Part shown: positions 32,321 through 43,276 of the stretch, one piece after another
Numbering within the stretch: position 1 is the first letter of the stretch
Layout of the letters: every line of letters starts with the position of its first letter
Assembly: GCA_963827235.1 (NCBI GenBank)
Contig: CAWHAE010000009.1
Span: forward strand, 992,001-1,056,000
Reading direction: 5' to 3'
Source: an uncultured bacterium
GTDB taxonomy: Bacteria > Chloroflexota > UBA5177 > JANWHV01
DNA length: 64,000 nt
Translations under genes and position numbers: made by a program
Notes under the pieces: generated by a model
What the model saw: only the letters and a program-made list of their open reading frames with translations
What the model was told of the DNA's origin: nothing
The model's database searches: none

Positions 32321-33986
32321 GCGCCTCGACCTCCAGCAACGAGACGCCCGGCAGCGGGAGCGGGAAGGTCACGCGGAGTTCCCGGCCATCGAGTTGGATC
32401 AGCCGCTCCGGCGCATACGCCTCCAGGCGCGCCCGCCCGCGCAGTACGTCCAGCTGTCCGGCAGTCGGTGCCTGGGGGTAACCCATCTCCACCCAGGCGG
32501 TATGAGCATTGCTATGCTGCCGGTCGATCCGGTAGTGTCGCAGCCGCACCGGTCCACGGTCAAAGGGCAGATCGCGGAGCACCACCGTCACCTCCGCGCG
32601 ATCTTGCCGATACTGATCGTCACTGTGGTGCCAGACCAGCACAGCGACCCGGCTGCGCCCGTCGGTTGCCGCCAACCCGTCAATCTCCGCGCGCTCGTCG
32701 GGCTGGTCCAGTTGTGCCAGGCCACGGCCACGGCTACTGGTTACCAGCACTCGCTCGCCAGGGAGCCGGGCCAGCAGACGGTAGGCGTTGAGCAGTGGCA
32801 TGCACACGTTCTCCGCCGTGAAGAGGCATCGCGTGCCCTCGAAGAAGCGGTCCCCTTCCAGATACCAGGACCAGGTGGTCGCGGCATGGACCCGAGCCAG
32901 GCTCAGGCTGTCCAGATCCAGCAACTTCTTCATCAGTTGCACCTGAAATACCGGGTAGTACGCCGTATTGCGGTAGCCGAAGTTGGCATTGTCGTAGACG
33001 CCCCAGTGCGCCGGTACCGAGGCGTCGCATTCGTCGACCAGCACAGGCAGGTCCCGAAATCGCGGGTAGCCCGTGATGGTCCGCAGGTTGGCTGCCACCT
33101 CGCCGAGTATCTTGGGCGTGCTTGGCGAGGCAGACGACGCAGTCGCCACCCCATCCGGGCCGCATGTGCCGTAGCTGCGCCAGGGCGTGAACGCAGCGCC
33201 TTTCGTGTGGAAAGAGATGAAGTCGAGCTGGCTGCCGCGCGCGCCGGATACCGCGTTGGTGCCGTGGGCACAGTGGGCCAGGAACTGGTCGAGAAACGCC
33301 GTCCCACTGCCCGTAGTGGCGGGGCCACCCACACGCGCGGCCGGCAACACGCTCTTGACGGCCGCGGCGGAGATGTCGTAGAGGCGGCAGTAGGCGTCCA
33401 CGCTACCCTGCCAATAGGCAATGTCGGGCTCGTTCCACACTTCCCAGTACCACTCGCGCACTATGTCTGGGCCGAAGCGATCCGAGTAATGGCGCACGGT
33501 GGCCTGCACAAGGTCGTGCCAGCGTTGGAGATCATTTGGCGGCCAAGCCCACAGACCCGCCTCATAGGCGCTATAGACCGACGGCATCGGTGTGAAGGCC
33601 AGAACGGCGGTACTTGGAACCAGGTCCCGCGGGCAGAAACCCAGCTCGACTATGGGCCTGCAGCCATGCTTGACCCAGGCGTCGAACACCGGGTCGACTA
33701 TGAACCAGTCATAGTCCGGCCGGCCCGCCTGGTCTTCATGGTAGATGTTGCCGCTGCTCCAGTGCGGCAGGCCGCGGCCGGGCCCGCTCGTGTACAGGTT
33801 GTGGGCCCGGACGGCGTAGGGCACCTCCATGAAGGTCTGCAGCGTGGCCAGGTTGTCCAGGCCGCGCGAGGTGGCGGTCCAGTTGATCTCGTCGTATCCG
33901 AAGCTGGCCCACAGGCGCCGGAGGGGACCGAGTGCCGCCTGGCAGTCCACGACTACCTGGGCCGGTTGCGCTGTCCCTTCGCCCAC
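32304..33986 (-). CDS. GH39 glycoside hydrolase (beta-xylosidase-like)
   Basis: WEVWNEPD acid/base motif, VGGPAT, LDFISFH, HYRID..HSN; 3' end overlaps lacI by 17 bp. Confidence 0.9.
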   Translation of the reverse strand: MGEGTAQPAQVVVDCQAALGPLRRLWASFGYDEINWTATSRGLDNLATLQTFMEVPYAVRAHNLYTSGPGRGLPHWSSGNIYHEDQAGRPDYDWFIVDPVFDAWVKHGCRPIVELGFCPRDLVPSTAVLAFTPMPSVYSAYEAGLWAWPPNDLQRWHDLVQATVRHYSDRFGPDIVREWYWEVWNEPDIAYWQGSVDAYCRLYDISAAAVKSVLPAARVGGPATTGSGTAFLDQFLAHCAHGTNAVSGARGSQLDFISFHTKGAAFTPWRSYGTCGPDGVATASSASPSTPKILGEVAANLRTITGYPRFRDLPVLVDECDASVPAHWGVYDNANFGYRNTAYYPVFQVQLMKKLLDLDSLSLARVHAATTWSWYLEGDRFFEGTRCLFTAENVCMPLLNAYRLLARLPGERVLVTSSRGRGLAQLDQPDERAEIDGLAATDGRSRVAVLVWHHSDDQYRQDRAEVTVVLRDLPFDRGPVRLRHYRIDRQHSNAHTAWVEMGYPQAPTAGQLDVLRGRARLEAYAPERLIQLDGRELRVTFPLPLPGVSLLEVEAPTGTT

Positions 33987-34501
33987 TCCTCCTCCCGACA
34001 GTTACCGCCGTTTCCAGATGTCCGGACGCTGCCTGCATCGCGCACCGGCCTCGTGCGGCCGACGCATCCGCGCACTGTCATAGCCGATGACGGGCTGCGC
34101 GATGTCCCACTCGATCGGGCCCAACCCGTGGGGTGAGTCAGATGGAGGGACAGATCTTCTCGATCGTACACCGAACTGACTTCGAGGGCAGTCAAGGGCG
34201 GGAGGCCCGCATCTTGTCTGAAGGACTTACAGCCGGAGACGCGCCCGGGCTCGCCCGATCGCCGGCCGGCCGGAGTCTTGCTAGAGGCGCGCGGCAGGTG
34301 CACTGATGCGGACAGGCTCACCTGGGCTGCGGCTGCCACGGATGATCATCGAGCTCCGGGTGGAGGGAGAGATCGGTTGCGGCGGTGCATGCCGCGTATT
34401 CCGTAGCGTCAGAACTATCTGACGTATGCCGCAGCGTGTCAGCTTCTCCGGCGTGCCCTGCTTCCAGGCAGACTGTGTGCTCAGGCCCCGATTGGCGGAT
34501 G

Positions 34502-35017
34502 CTACTTGTTCAGCTGGATGCTGTTGAGCATCTGCTGCACAGTCTTGGTTTCCGCCTTGTAGGTTGGACCATTGTAGAGCAGGAGCGCGTCAAAATCATA
34601 GAGATAGGCGCCATGCAACGTGTCGAGCAATGCCATGTCGAGCACCTTGCCCTGGGCCGTCTTGGTGACGATCTCAGACAAGGCATAGGTGATGCCATGA
34701 ATGGACACGAGCTTATAGGACAGTGGTCCCTGGGCTTTGCCTGCGGCCTTGAGCACCTTGGCCTGCTGGGCCTTGATCTCAGCCTCGGTGGCGCTACCTG
34801 CAGTGGCCGAAGCGGTGACAATGGCGTTCGTGTCCGGTGCACCGAACTCAACATCCGTGTTGGACGCGTGCGGCGTGACGGTCCAGGTCGCCGGATACTG
34901 CATATGGTAGCCGTGGATCTTATTCGTATAGGTCTTCATGCCGGCTGCCTGTGCAATGCCGGCAAGGCCCAGGCTCCCGAGCAGGACGGCAAGTGCGAAG
35001 GTGTGCTTGATGCGCAT
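34502..35017 (-). CDS. Secreted PsbP/DcrB-like protein
   Basis: Signal peptide, TYTN..GY.MQYP.TW and C-terminal QMLNSIQL pattern. Confidence 0.7.
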   Translation of the reverse strand: MRIKHTFALAVLLGSLGLAGIAQAAGMKTYTNKIHGYHMQYPATWTVTPHASNTDVEFGAPDTNAIVTASATAGSATEAEIKAQQAKVLKAAGKAQGPLSYKLVSIHGITYALSEIVTKTAQGKVLDMALLDTLHGAYLYDFDALLLYNGPTYKAETKTVQQMLNSIQLNK

Positions 35018-35364
35018 CGGCGTACTCCCTGACGTTGGCGCCACTGCCGCAGCTAACCGGTCCCCGAACCTCTCGAGAACCTCGATGTTGAAGCATGCCA
35101 GCCGCTCCCGGTTCGTCTGCGGATGGCGTACGAGCGCGGCGGCGGATTATTGGCTCGGCACCCGGCCCCACCAACGGGCTGTGCCGCAGTGAATCCACTA
35201 TTGATGAGTGATTGCTAATTGTCAATACGCGCTGCATGACTTGCATCGGCCCTCGTTGCCGCCAGACCGCTGTCGTGTTACTCCGGATGTACCGGATCAG
35301 TCGCGCGGACCCGGGTCCGTGCAAATGCCGCGCGGCCACGGGACAGGGCGCGGGCGGACAGCCG

Positions 35365-37236
35365 TTAGGTGACGAGGAACGTAGCGGCCGCGTTGTCCCA
35401 CAGATACAGCGGCTTCCAGCCTGGGCCGAAGATGCCGATCTTGAAGGTGTAGGTACCGGACGAGCGGCCAGCGGGCACGTGCCATGCGATGCTGAAGGAG
35501 CGCGGCGTGCCGGCGGCGAAGCTCTGCCCGGCGGCAAACCACTGGAAGACCTTGGCGCCGGCGGCGTCGTAGACCTCGAAGTCGACGACCGTGCCGCTCA
35601 GGCGCACATTGACCCGGATCGCGGCACCCAGGTGCTCCGAGCCGCCGCGCGGCACGCGACCGGGGACGGCCGAGGACCGGACGATCGCGGGGGTGACAAC
35701 CGTAGCCACGGCGCTCGCTCTTGCCCCGGCAACAAGGGTGGCGGTTGCCGCGGCCAGTGCCTGACCAGGACTGCCGTTCGGGGTGGCAGTCTTCGTACTG
35801 GCGGCGCCTCCGCTTGGAGAGGCTGCGGCCGTGGGGCCGGCCAGGCGGTAGCCGCCGCCGGCATAGTACTGCCGCGCCTTCATGCGCAGGTACCCCCCAT
35901 CGTCGTCGGTCACGGTGCTGATATGGTCGTTACAGATGCGGCCGCTGCTCAATCCGTCGCCGGTGCAGAAGCTGGGAGGGTTGGTGATGCCGTCTCTCTT
36001 GCCGTCCCAGTGCACCGTACTGCCCGCGTTGCCGGCTCCGAACAGCAAGCCGACGATGCCCGCCTGAGCGAGCTGGCCGATGTGCGCGAAGAAGTATTCG
36101 GCGCGATTGTCTTGATAGTGGCCGTCGGTATTGTTCTCACTGTCGAAGTACTGGTTGCCTTCGGGGATCTGCCAGATGAGGAAGGGGCGCCCGGCTGCCA
36201 GGTGCGCGGCGCGTATGTAGCTCTCCCAACGGAGAAAGTTGGGAAACGCGACGCTGAGACGATCCCACCAGACGGAGGGGTTGTGCTCGACGTACTTGTA
36301 GTACCCCGCATCGCGATCCAGGACGTCGTTGGTGAGCAGATCGTAGGCACCGGTGCCAGCCGGCAGACCGGCAATACCGCTCTGGGCGGCGAAGCGTCCG
36401 GCCTCGGTGCCCAGCGCCGCGGCGTCCAGCGATGGGCTCGTGTCGCTGCCGACGTCGCGCAGGGTACCCCAGTTGCTGATGTGGAAGGCGAGGAGGACAT
36501 TGGGCGCATAGCGGTCGCGCAGATGCAGCAGCGCCCAGTTGAAGCCCTGGAACGTATTGGGATAGGCGGCTACATCGGCGTCTCCGGAGCCGGCCACGGA
36601 CGCCTTCAGATAGGACGGATTATTGCCGCTTCTCGTGCAGTAGCCGGAGCAGAGGCTGTTGTCGAGAACGGCCTGCAAGGCATAACCACCGGTGAAATCG
36701 GGCTCGATCTGCACGACGACGGTCTTGCCGAAGCCGGCGACGCCGTCGTACGTTCCGGGACCGAGCCGCTTCATGAGCAGAGCGAAGTTCCGATAGTAGC
36801 TTGCCATCAGGCTTGCGTCGTTCAGGTTGGCGAGGTCCCGCCGGTTCTCGCCGCAGCCCCCGCAGCTCCCACTACTCTGCAACAGCTCATAGTAGGAGAA
36901 GAAGGGGATGTATCCATGCTTGGCGGCACTCTCGGCGTACCAGAGGGGATACTGTCCCTTCGTATTCCAGGTCTCCCAGCCGGTTCCAGTATTGACGCCT
37001 CCTGCCAGGTAGGCGTACGCGTAGTCCCATGGGATGCCGGATGCCGGCATCCAGCCGGTGAGGCCCGTGGCGTCCGGCGCGGCGGAAAGGCCAATGCCGA
37101 AATGGCCCGGCAACCTGCCCGGCACGGCGGCTGCCCGCGCCTGGCGCAGCGGATCGATGCGCGGCCCGCCTCCGGGCAGGGCTATGACGCACGCGGCAGC
37201 AGCCGCGAGGGCAATCCGCAGCAAGCCGGTCTGCAT
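35365..37236 (-). CDS. Secreted putative TIM-barrel glycoside hydrolase with Ala/Thr linker and C-terminal Ig-like domain
   Basis: RBS AAGGAG, signal peptide, Trp/Tyr-rich core with IEPD, low-complexity linker, GTYTFKIGIF beta domain. Confidence 0.65.
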   Translation of the reverse strand: MQTGLLRIALAAAAACVIALPGGGPRIDPLRQARAAAVPGRLPGHFGIGLSAAPDATGLTGWMPASGIPWDYAYAYLAGGVNTGTGWETWNTKGQYPLWYAESAAKHGYIPFFSYYELLQSSGSCGGCGENRRDLANLNDASLMASYYRNFALLMKRLGPGTYDGVAGFGKTVVVQIEPDFTGGYALQAVLDNSLCSGYCTRSGNNPSYLKASVAGSGDADVAAYPNTFQGFNWALLHLRDRYAPNVLLAFHISNWGTLRDVGSDTSPSLDAAALGTEAGRFAAQSGIAGLPAGTGAYDLLTNDVLDRDAGYYKYVEHNPSVWWDRLSVAFPNFLRWESYIRAAHLAAGRPFLIWQIPEGNQYFDSENNTDGHYQDNRAEYFFAHIGQLAQAGIVGLLFGAGNAGSTVHWDGKRDGITNPPSFCTGDGLSSGRICNDHISTVTDDDGGYLRMKARQYYAGGGYRLAGPTAAASPSGGAASTKTATPNGSPGQALAAATATLVAGARASAVATVVTPAIVRSSAVPGRVPRGGSEHLGAAIRVNVRLSGTVVDFEVYDAAGAKVFQWFAAGQSFAAGTPRSFSIAWHVPAGRSSGTYTFKIGIFGPGWKPLYLWDNAAATFLVT

Positions 37237-37353
37237 GGGCTTGACTCCTTCCGGCGCTCCATCACACAGGAAGTCATTCGTACCATGGAGGACCACAACG
37301 CCACAATCCCCTATCGCGGGTGGACCAGGTGTCTGACCCGGGGGACGTGCGTG

Positions 37354-40300
37354 CTAGGTGCGGGCCAGCAATACGGCCTGCTCCAGGGTGAGACGCCGTC
37401 CGCGGTCACGGGCGTCCGCCTCCCGCTTTTCGCCGAGCTGCTCGCGCGCTGCCTGCACGGACCGCTGCAGTCCGGACCACTCACTGCCGGCGGCGGCGAT
37501 GCCAAGCTCTTCGCATTGGGCGGCAACCGTGCCGGCCAGGCAGGTGGCGCGCTCGTACTGGCCCAGGCCGATCAGGGCCTCGGAGAGCACGACCAGGGAG
37601 GCTAGCACGTTGCGCCGGTCGCCACATTCCTGGAACAGCTCGGCGCTGAGGCGCATGAGATCGGCCGAGCGGGCGAAATTCCCGCCGCGAAAGGCCACGT
37701 CGCCGAGATTGTTGAGGACGTGTGCCGTCTCGACGGCGGCGCTGGAGAGGCGCGCGTGCACAAGGCTCTCCTCCAGTGCCTTCGTGGCCAGGTCGAGCCG
37801 GCCAAGCTCCCGGTAGGCCGCGCCAGTGTTGGAGAGCGTGGCTGCCAGGGCGACGGAGTCGCCGATCGCACGGAAGAGGTCGAGCGCATCGGCATACGTG
37901 GCGATGGCTTGCTCGTAGTGGCCCCGGAAGTAGGCGATATTGCCGAGGTTGCAGAGCATGGCGGCAATACGATGCTTGATGCCGAGCGGTCGATAGAGCG
38001 CCAACGCTTCCTCGTAGAGCCTGGTGGCGCCGTCGAGATCCTCTTTGTCACTGGCGATCATACCCAGCACGTTAAGACAATCGGCGACGCCCTCCAAGTT
38101 GCCGAGGTCCCGGCACAGCGCGCGACCCTGCTCGGCTCGCACGGTGGCGCGGTCGTAGCTGTTCAGGGAGTAGGCGAGAGTGGCGCTGCCCACCAACGCC
38201 TTGGCGCGTGCCGCGGGGGTGGCGGCGCCTGCCGCGTCATCCATGCGCAAGAGTGTCTCCAGCCACTCGGAGCCTTCGCCGCTGTAGCCCCGGATGTCCC
38301 AATATCGCCTCAAGGCGCCGGCGAGTCTGAGGCCCGGGCTGAGCTTCAACTGCTCGACGGTCCAGCGGAGGGCGGCGCGGAAGTTCTCCTGCTCGCTTTC
38401 CAGGTGATCCAGGCAGGCGGCCTGCTCGGCGCCGCCCCACAGGCTGGGCTCGGCATGCTCGGCCAGGGCAAGGTAGCAGTCCAGATGGCGGTCGCGTAGC
38501 AACGGCAGCTCACCGGCGGCCAGGCAGAGCTCGTGCGCATACTGGCGCACCGGTTCCAGGAAGCGGTAGTGAGCTTCGCCGCTGCGTGCCTCGATGTGGA
38601 CGAGCGACTTGCCGACCAGGCTGCTGGTGAGGTCGAGGACGGCGTCCTGGGCGACGTCCGGCGGGTTGCCCGCTCGCTTCTTCTGCGTGAGGGGGCAGAC
38701 GGCTTCGGCTGCTTCGAGCGTCCAGCCACCGACGAATACCGCCAGCCGCCGGAGAAGCACGCGCTCGGGCTCGGAGAGCAGCGTGTAGCTCCAGTCGAGC
38801 GTGGCGTGGAGCGTGCGCTGCCGCGGCAAGGCCGTGCGCGGGCCGTCGGTCAGCATGTGGAAGCAATCGTCGAGGCGGGAAGCAAGGGCCTGCACAGGGT
38901 AGACGTTGGTGCGCGCGGCAGCCAGCTCGATAGCCAGGGGAATACCGTCCAACGTGCGGCAGATCTGTGCCACTGCCCGGCGCGCGGCGGCGCTCTCGAG
39001 GTTTTCCACGGACGCGGCTTTGGCGCGAGCGAGGAAGAGGGTGACGGCTTCGAAGCCGGTGAGCGCGGCGTCCAGCGCGTCGAGCGGCGGGATCGAGAGC
39101 GAGTCGACGTGATACACTGCCTCGCCGGGCACACCGAGCCGTTCGCGACTGGTGGCCAGCACCTTCAGCTCCGGGCACGCCGTGAGAAGGGTGGCGACCA
39201 GGGCGGCGCTGGGCGAAAGGAGGTGCTCGCAGTTGTCGAGGATCAGGAGCAGCCTCCGGGGAGCGAGAAAGGCGGCCAGGGTTGCCGAGAGCGATCGCGA
39301 GGCCTCCTCTTTCACGCCGAGCGTCGCGGCGATGCGGCGCGCCACCATCTGACGATCGACTTCGTCGGCGGTCAGCGCTGCCAGCTCCACCAGCCACACG
39401 CCGTCCGCGTAGGCATCGACCAACCGATCCGCAGTCTCGAGGGCCAGGCGGGTCTTGCCACAGCCGCCAGCGCCGGTGAGCGTCAGCAGCCGCGCGCGGG
39501 CAAGCTCCAACGCGATTTCCTCCCGCTCACGGGCCCGACCGACGAAGCTGGTGAGCGCGACCGGCAGGTTGGTGAGGCGCGGCGGCCTGGTCTCACGGGG
39601 TGGGCGGGTGGCCGGGACGGGTGCACTCTCCTGATCGCGCAGGCGAGCGCGCAAGGCGACGAGATCGCGCGAGGGAGAGACGCCGAGATCGCGCGCAAGG
39701 TTGGCCGTGATCTGCTCGTAGGCACGGAGGGCATCCGTGCGACGACCTGCCGCGGCAAGCAGTCCCATCAGCCTGGCCGTCGCCTCTTCGTTGCAGGAGT
39801 CCTGAGCCAGAACGGCGTGCAGACAGGCCTCCGCCTCCGCGAAATTGCCCTGGGCGCCGCAGAGATCGGCGAGATGGAGGAGAAGGGCGGCGTGCAGATC
39901 GCGCAGACCGTCGCGCCGGGCAAGAACCCACTCCTCGTACGGATCGTCCGGCAGGTAGTCTCCCTTGTAGAGGTCGAGAGCTCGGCGGCTTAGCTCCGCG
40001 TCCTCGCCTGCCAGAGCGGCCCGGGCGCGGGTCTCGAACGCCTGCGCGTCGAGCCACTCGCTTCCGCTGGGGACGGTCAGGCGCAGAACGTCGTCCTCCA
40101 GCGATACCAGGTAGGCGGCGTCGCCCAGGATGCTGCGCAGAGCATGCAGGGCCGTGTAGAGGTTGCGGGTGGCGGCGGAGGGATCGGCCTCCGGCCAGAG
40201 CAACTCGAGCAACTGCTCGCGCGCCAAGGTCTGTGCCGGGGCGCCGATCAGAGCCTTGAACAGGCTACCGGCCTTTCGCCGCCTCCATGGCTCGGCGGGG

Positions 40301-40575
40301 AGCGGCTGCCCCGACCAGGATACCGAGAAGCCGCCCAGCGTACGCACCCGCAGTGGAAGGGCGTGAGCGGCCGGATCGGGGGGCGGCGCGACGTCTCGCG
40401 GTGCATTGGCGCCGAGGTAGCGGCGGCGCACCCTGCCCTCTTCACGCCAGACGGCATACCAGTATGGGCCATGGCCGGCGCCGTCGCGACAGGTGGCGCA
40501 GGCAAGCTTGCCGCAGCGGCGAAACTGGCGGCTATAGGTAATATGAGTTCCCGGCGGCGGCAACGTCGACACCAT
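37354..40575 (-). CDS. DUF6788-like zinc domain + wHTH/BTAD + NB-ARC ATPase + TPR transcriptional regulator
   Basis: RRCGK.AC.TC..G.GHGPYWY; LYKGDYL.D..YEEW; FVGR..E, GAGGCGKT, LILDNCEH, GIPLAIELAA; TPR-like repeats. Confidence 0.9.
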   Translation of the reverse strand: MVSTLPPPGTHITYSRQFRRCGKLACATCRDGAGHGPYWYAVWREEGRVRRRYLGANAPRDVAPPPDPAAHALPLRVRTLGGFSVSWSGQPLPAEPWRRRKAGSLFKALIGAPAQTLAREQLLELLWPEADPSAATRNLYTALHALRSILGDAAYLVSLEDDVLRLTVPSGSEWLDAQAFETRARAALAGEDAELSRRALDLYKGDYLPDDPYEEWVLARRDGLRDLHAALLLHLADLCGAQGNFAEAEACLHAVLAQDSCNEEATARLMGLLAAAGRRTDALRAYEQITANLARDLGVSPSRDLVALRARLRDQESAPVPATRPPRETRPPRLTNLPVALTSFVGRAREREEIALELARARLLTLTGAGGCGKTRLALETADRLVDAYADGVWLVELAALTADEVDRQMVARRIAATLGVKEEASRSLSATLAAFLAPRRLLLILDNCEHLLSPSAALVATLLTACPELKVLATSRERLGVPGEAVYHVDSLSIPPLDALDAALTGFEAVTLFLARAKAASVENLESAAARRAVAQICRTLDGIPLAIELAAARTNVYPVQALASRLDDCFHMLTDGPRTALPRQRTLHATLDWSYTLLSEPERVLLRRLAVFVGGWTLEAAEAVCPLTQKKRAGNPPDVAQDAVLDLTSSLVGKSLVHIEARSGEAHYRFLEPVRQYAHELCLAAGELPLLRDRHLDCYLALAEHAEPSLWGGAEQAACLDHLESEQENFRAALRWTVEQLKLSPGLRLAGALRRYWDIRGYSGEGSEWLETLLRMDDAAGAATPAARAKALVGSATLAYSLNSYDRATVRAEQGRALCRDLGNLEGVADCLNVLGMIASDKEDLDGATRLYEEALALYRPLGIKHRIAAMLCNLGNIAYFRGHYEQAIATYADALDLFRAIGDSVALAATLSNTGAAYRELGRLDLATKALEESLVHARLSSAAVETAHVLNNLGDVAFRGGNFARSADLMRLSAELFQECGDRRNVLASLVVLSEALIGLGQYERATCLAGTVAAQCEELGIAAAGSEWSGLQRSVQAAREQLGEKREADARDRGRRLTLEQAVLLART

Positions 40576-40969
40576 AGCTAGCGTCCCCACCCGACTCGAG
40601 CTGCGTGCGCGGTGAACTGTTTCCCAGGACGGCGCCAGTGTAGCACAAGATGAGGCCGTTCACTAGAGGCAAAAGGTCCGATCCGGCGCCAGTGGCTCAG
40701 GACGTTGCCCAAGATCCAGCATGCGTATCACAAGACAGATCCAAGGCACCAGAGAAGTAGTGCCTGGGGGTCGTGCAAGAAGTATGCAAGAGGGCGCACG
40801 TATGATGGCCTCATGACCGGAGGCAACCGGCCACCACGATCCCGCTGGTTGACGACGGGCAAGGAAGGTTGAACCCGCTCGCCGGGGCAGTGACGCCGCC
40901 ATCGCGTCGGGGAGGGATGCAACGGCACAGGTGCAGGGCAGCGACAAGAGGTGCCGGAGTAAAGGAGGA

Positions 40970-41200
40970 ATGCCGATTGCTCGCTATCGTTCGTATCTCG
41001 TGCGCGTGTGGACGAGTGCCGGCAGGGATGGGCCACAGTGGGCCGGCCGCGTGCAGTGCATTCAGGATGAAACGGAGCAGCGCCGCTTCCACGATCCCGA
41101 CGCGATGCTGGACTACCTGAGACTTGCCGTGCGGGAGGGCGAGGCTGATGGCAGCGAGCCCGGGCCGGGCGGTCGACGCGACCGCTGTTCCGAGGCCTGA
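40970..41200 (+). CDS. Small hypothetical protein (SYLVRVW...W.GRV)
   Basis: RBS AAAGGAGG; divergent from the BTAD regulator. Confidence 0.65.
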   Translation: MPIARYRSYLVRVWTSAGRDGPQWAGRVQCIQDETEQRRFHDPDAMLDYLRLAVREGEADGSEPGPGGRRDRCSEA

Positions 41201-41398
41201 CACTCGCGTGCTCAGCAGGTGACCACCCGCATACCGAGAGCCGGAAGCGTGATGGGGTGTTCGCCCTGGTGCGGGGCAGCCGGCTCGACTACTGAAAGAG
41301 GCGGCAGGCAAGCAGAAAGGAGGAGCCACGAAACCCCGGAACGGACTCTGCATTGGCGGAGACTGCTTGGCCAGCAATCATGATGAAAGGATGCCCAC

Positions 41399-42946
41399 AT
41401 GGTTAGCCTTCGATCTCTGCGCGTAGCGGCGCTCGCCCTGCTCACCTTCGCAAGCCTGGCGTTACCGGTGCACACATCCGCGCTGGCGTCCCCAGCCGGC
41501 AGCGGTGTCGTGGCCAAGGGCCCGATGCCCGTCCTCGACATGACGAAAAGCTTCTACACAGACCTACAAGGCGCGATCTACGACAACAACAAGACGGTGA
41601 TCGGTCACGTGTACCTGAGCGTGACCAAAGATGCGGATTCCTCGACCATCGATCTGGACGTCAGCGTCACCAACGCCTCCAACTCAGCGACGGGCAGCTA
41701 TATCTTCCGTGTGCCCGCCACGACGGACCTGACTCTGGCGCCCAAGGGCAAGACCACGATCAGCAGTGCGCAGCCGTACTTCGCCGTGCTGGATACCGGG
41801 ACGGATGCGTACGACAAGACCGACCCGAAGAACACGATCAAGAACCACATCGTCGTTGATTGGACATACCAGTCGGCTAGTCCCGTCAACATCCAGGCGG
41901 ACCCGTGCACCGGGACCAAGGCAAGCACCGCGATCCAGGTAGTGACCACGGCCACGGCGACCGTAGACCTTCCCTACCCATGCGATGGTGCGACGGGCGT
42001 GACGGTCAGCGGCAGCGCGAATCTGGATAGCGCGCGGTTACCCGTCAAATATGAATACCAGGACAAAGTGATCTACTACACGACCGTCACCGCGATAAAG
42101 GTATTGAGCGGGTTGCCCACCGCATCCACGACGGCGACCAAGGGGCCCATGAAGTCGCTCATGGTGATGGGTTCGAAGCGCGGAACGGCGACCAGCCTCA
42201 CGGTTTACGAGACGACGGCCATGAGCGTCGACGTCGGGCTGCAGTATGAAATGCAAATGGCCACGGACGACAAATCGGCCAGCACCCTGACTACCGGCGG
42301 CGGCCACGCGGCAACGCTCAACTACAGTGGGAACCTGGGCACCGCCGATCTCGTGTTCGACGGCAGCTCATCGACGACCCCGACCACCGGCACGTGCGTC
42401 AATCCAAACGCGGTAAAGGGCGATCTATCCAAACCCGTCGACAAAGTGGATACCCAGGGAACGGTGAGCGGGCCGGTCGATCTGAAGCTGTGCAGCGCCG
42501 AGATCAAGGCCACGTACGGTACCGGCGACATCGGCTCGGTCACGGCATATCAGAAGGGGTCGGCCGCGCTCATACATGGCAAGATGTCCGGGCTGCCGGG
42601 CGGTGTCTACATCAAAGGCACCATACCCACGATCACAGGCATCGATCCCGCTCCCGGGTCCACGATCTCCCCGACGCAGAGTGTGACTGTGACTTTCGCG
42701 TCGGCGCTGCCGGCGGGATCGATGGTGATGATCACGCTCACGCCCTCAGCGGGAGGGACATCGTCGATGATGGGGCCCGCCATGTTGACCAGTGGCGGAA
42801 CGTCGCAGGTATCCTTGACGCCCAAGTCGGCACTGGCGGCCGGCACGTACAATCTGTCGGTGTCGGCGATAGCTCCCGGGGGGCAGAATATGGCGATATA
42901 CCCGTCGCCCATGGGAGGTTACAAGGCGACCTATACCGTGAAGTGA
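41399..42946 (+). CDS. Secreted Thr/Ser-rich beta protein with a C-terminal Ig-like (Big_5/CopC-like) domain
   Basis: Signal peptide; C-terminal PAPGSTI..VTVTF..LTP...LAAGTY.L pattern. Confidence 0.75.
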   Translation: MVSLRSLRVAALALLTFASLALPVHTSALASPAGSGVVAKGPMPVLDMTKSFYTDLQGAIYDNNKTVIGHVYLSVTKDADSSTIDLDVSVTNASNSATGSYIFRVPATTDLTLAPKGKTTISSAQPYFAVLDTGTDAYDKTDPKNTIKNHIVVDWTYQSASPVNIQADPCTGTKASTAIQVVTTATATVDLPYPCDGATGVTVSGSANLDSARLPVKYEYQDKVIYYTTVTAIKVLSGLPTASTTATKGPMKSLMVMGSKRGTATSLTVYETTAMSVDVGLQYEMQMATDDKSASTLTTGGGHAATLNYSGNLGTADLVFDGSSSTTPTTGTCVNPNAVKGDLSKPVDKVDTQGTVSGPVDLKLCSAEIKATYGTGDIGSVTAYQKGSAALIHGKMSGLPGGVYIKGTIPTITGIDPAPGSTISPTQSVTVTFASALPAGSMVMITLTPSAGGTSSMMGPAMLTSGGTSQVSLTPKSALAAGTYNLSVSAIAPGGQNMAIYPSPMGGYKATYTVK

Positions 42947-43066
42947 GGCGACCATCTGCTCCGAAGGTGACCGCAGTCACCGGATAGAGTCGGCGGCAAG
43001 CATGGCCCGGCGGACCGTCCGCCGGGCCATGCTTGCTGGGTGAGATGGGGACGGGGCCTCCCCAGA

Positions 43067-43238
43067 GCCTCCAGCTGCCGCAGGATGGCAGGGTGCGGGC
43101 CAGCTGCGGCCGGTTGTGGTGGGTGGTGTCGGCTCCAACCGCGGCGAGGATGGTAGCGACGGGCCGGCTGCGGTCCCGGGTGGACGGTGGCGGTACCTTC
43201 AGCTGAGGATGGCAGGGTACGGGCCGGCTGCGGCCAGG
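43067..43238. repeat. REP-like repeat cluster, copy 2 (three degenerate units about 64 bp apart)
   Basis: Three units of CTYCA.C..GGATGG.AG..CGGGCC.GCTGCGG between convergent genes. Confidence 0.65.
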
Positions 43239-43276
43239 TGGAGGGGGATACGGGTCAGGCGGGCCGGGGTGGGGCG

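Noticed and set aside
43067-43238. Degenerate CRISPR array (period about 64 bp)
   Set aside because: Only three poorly conserved units with short spacers, no cas genes, and related copies dispersed elsewhere; better explained as REP-like.
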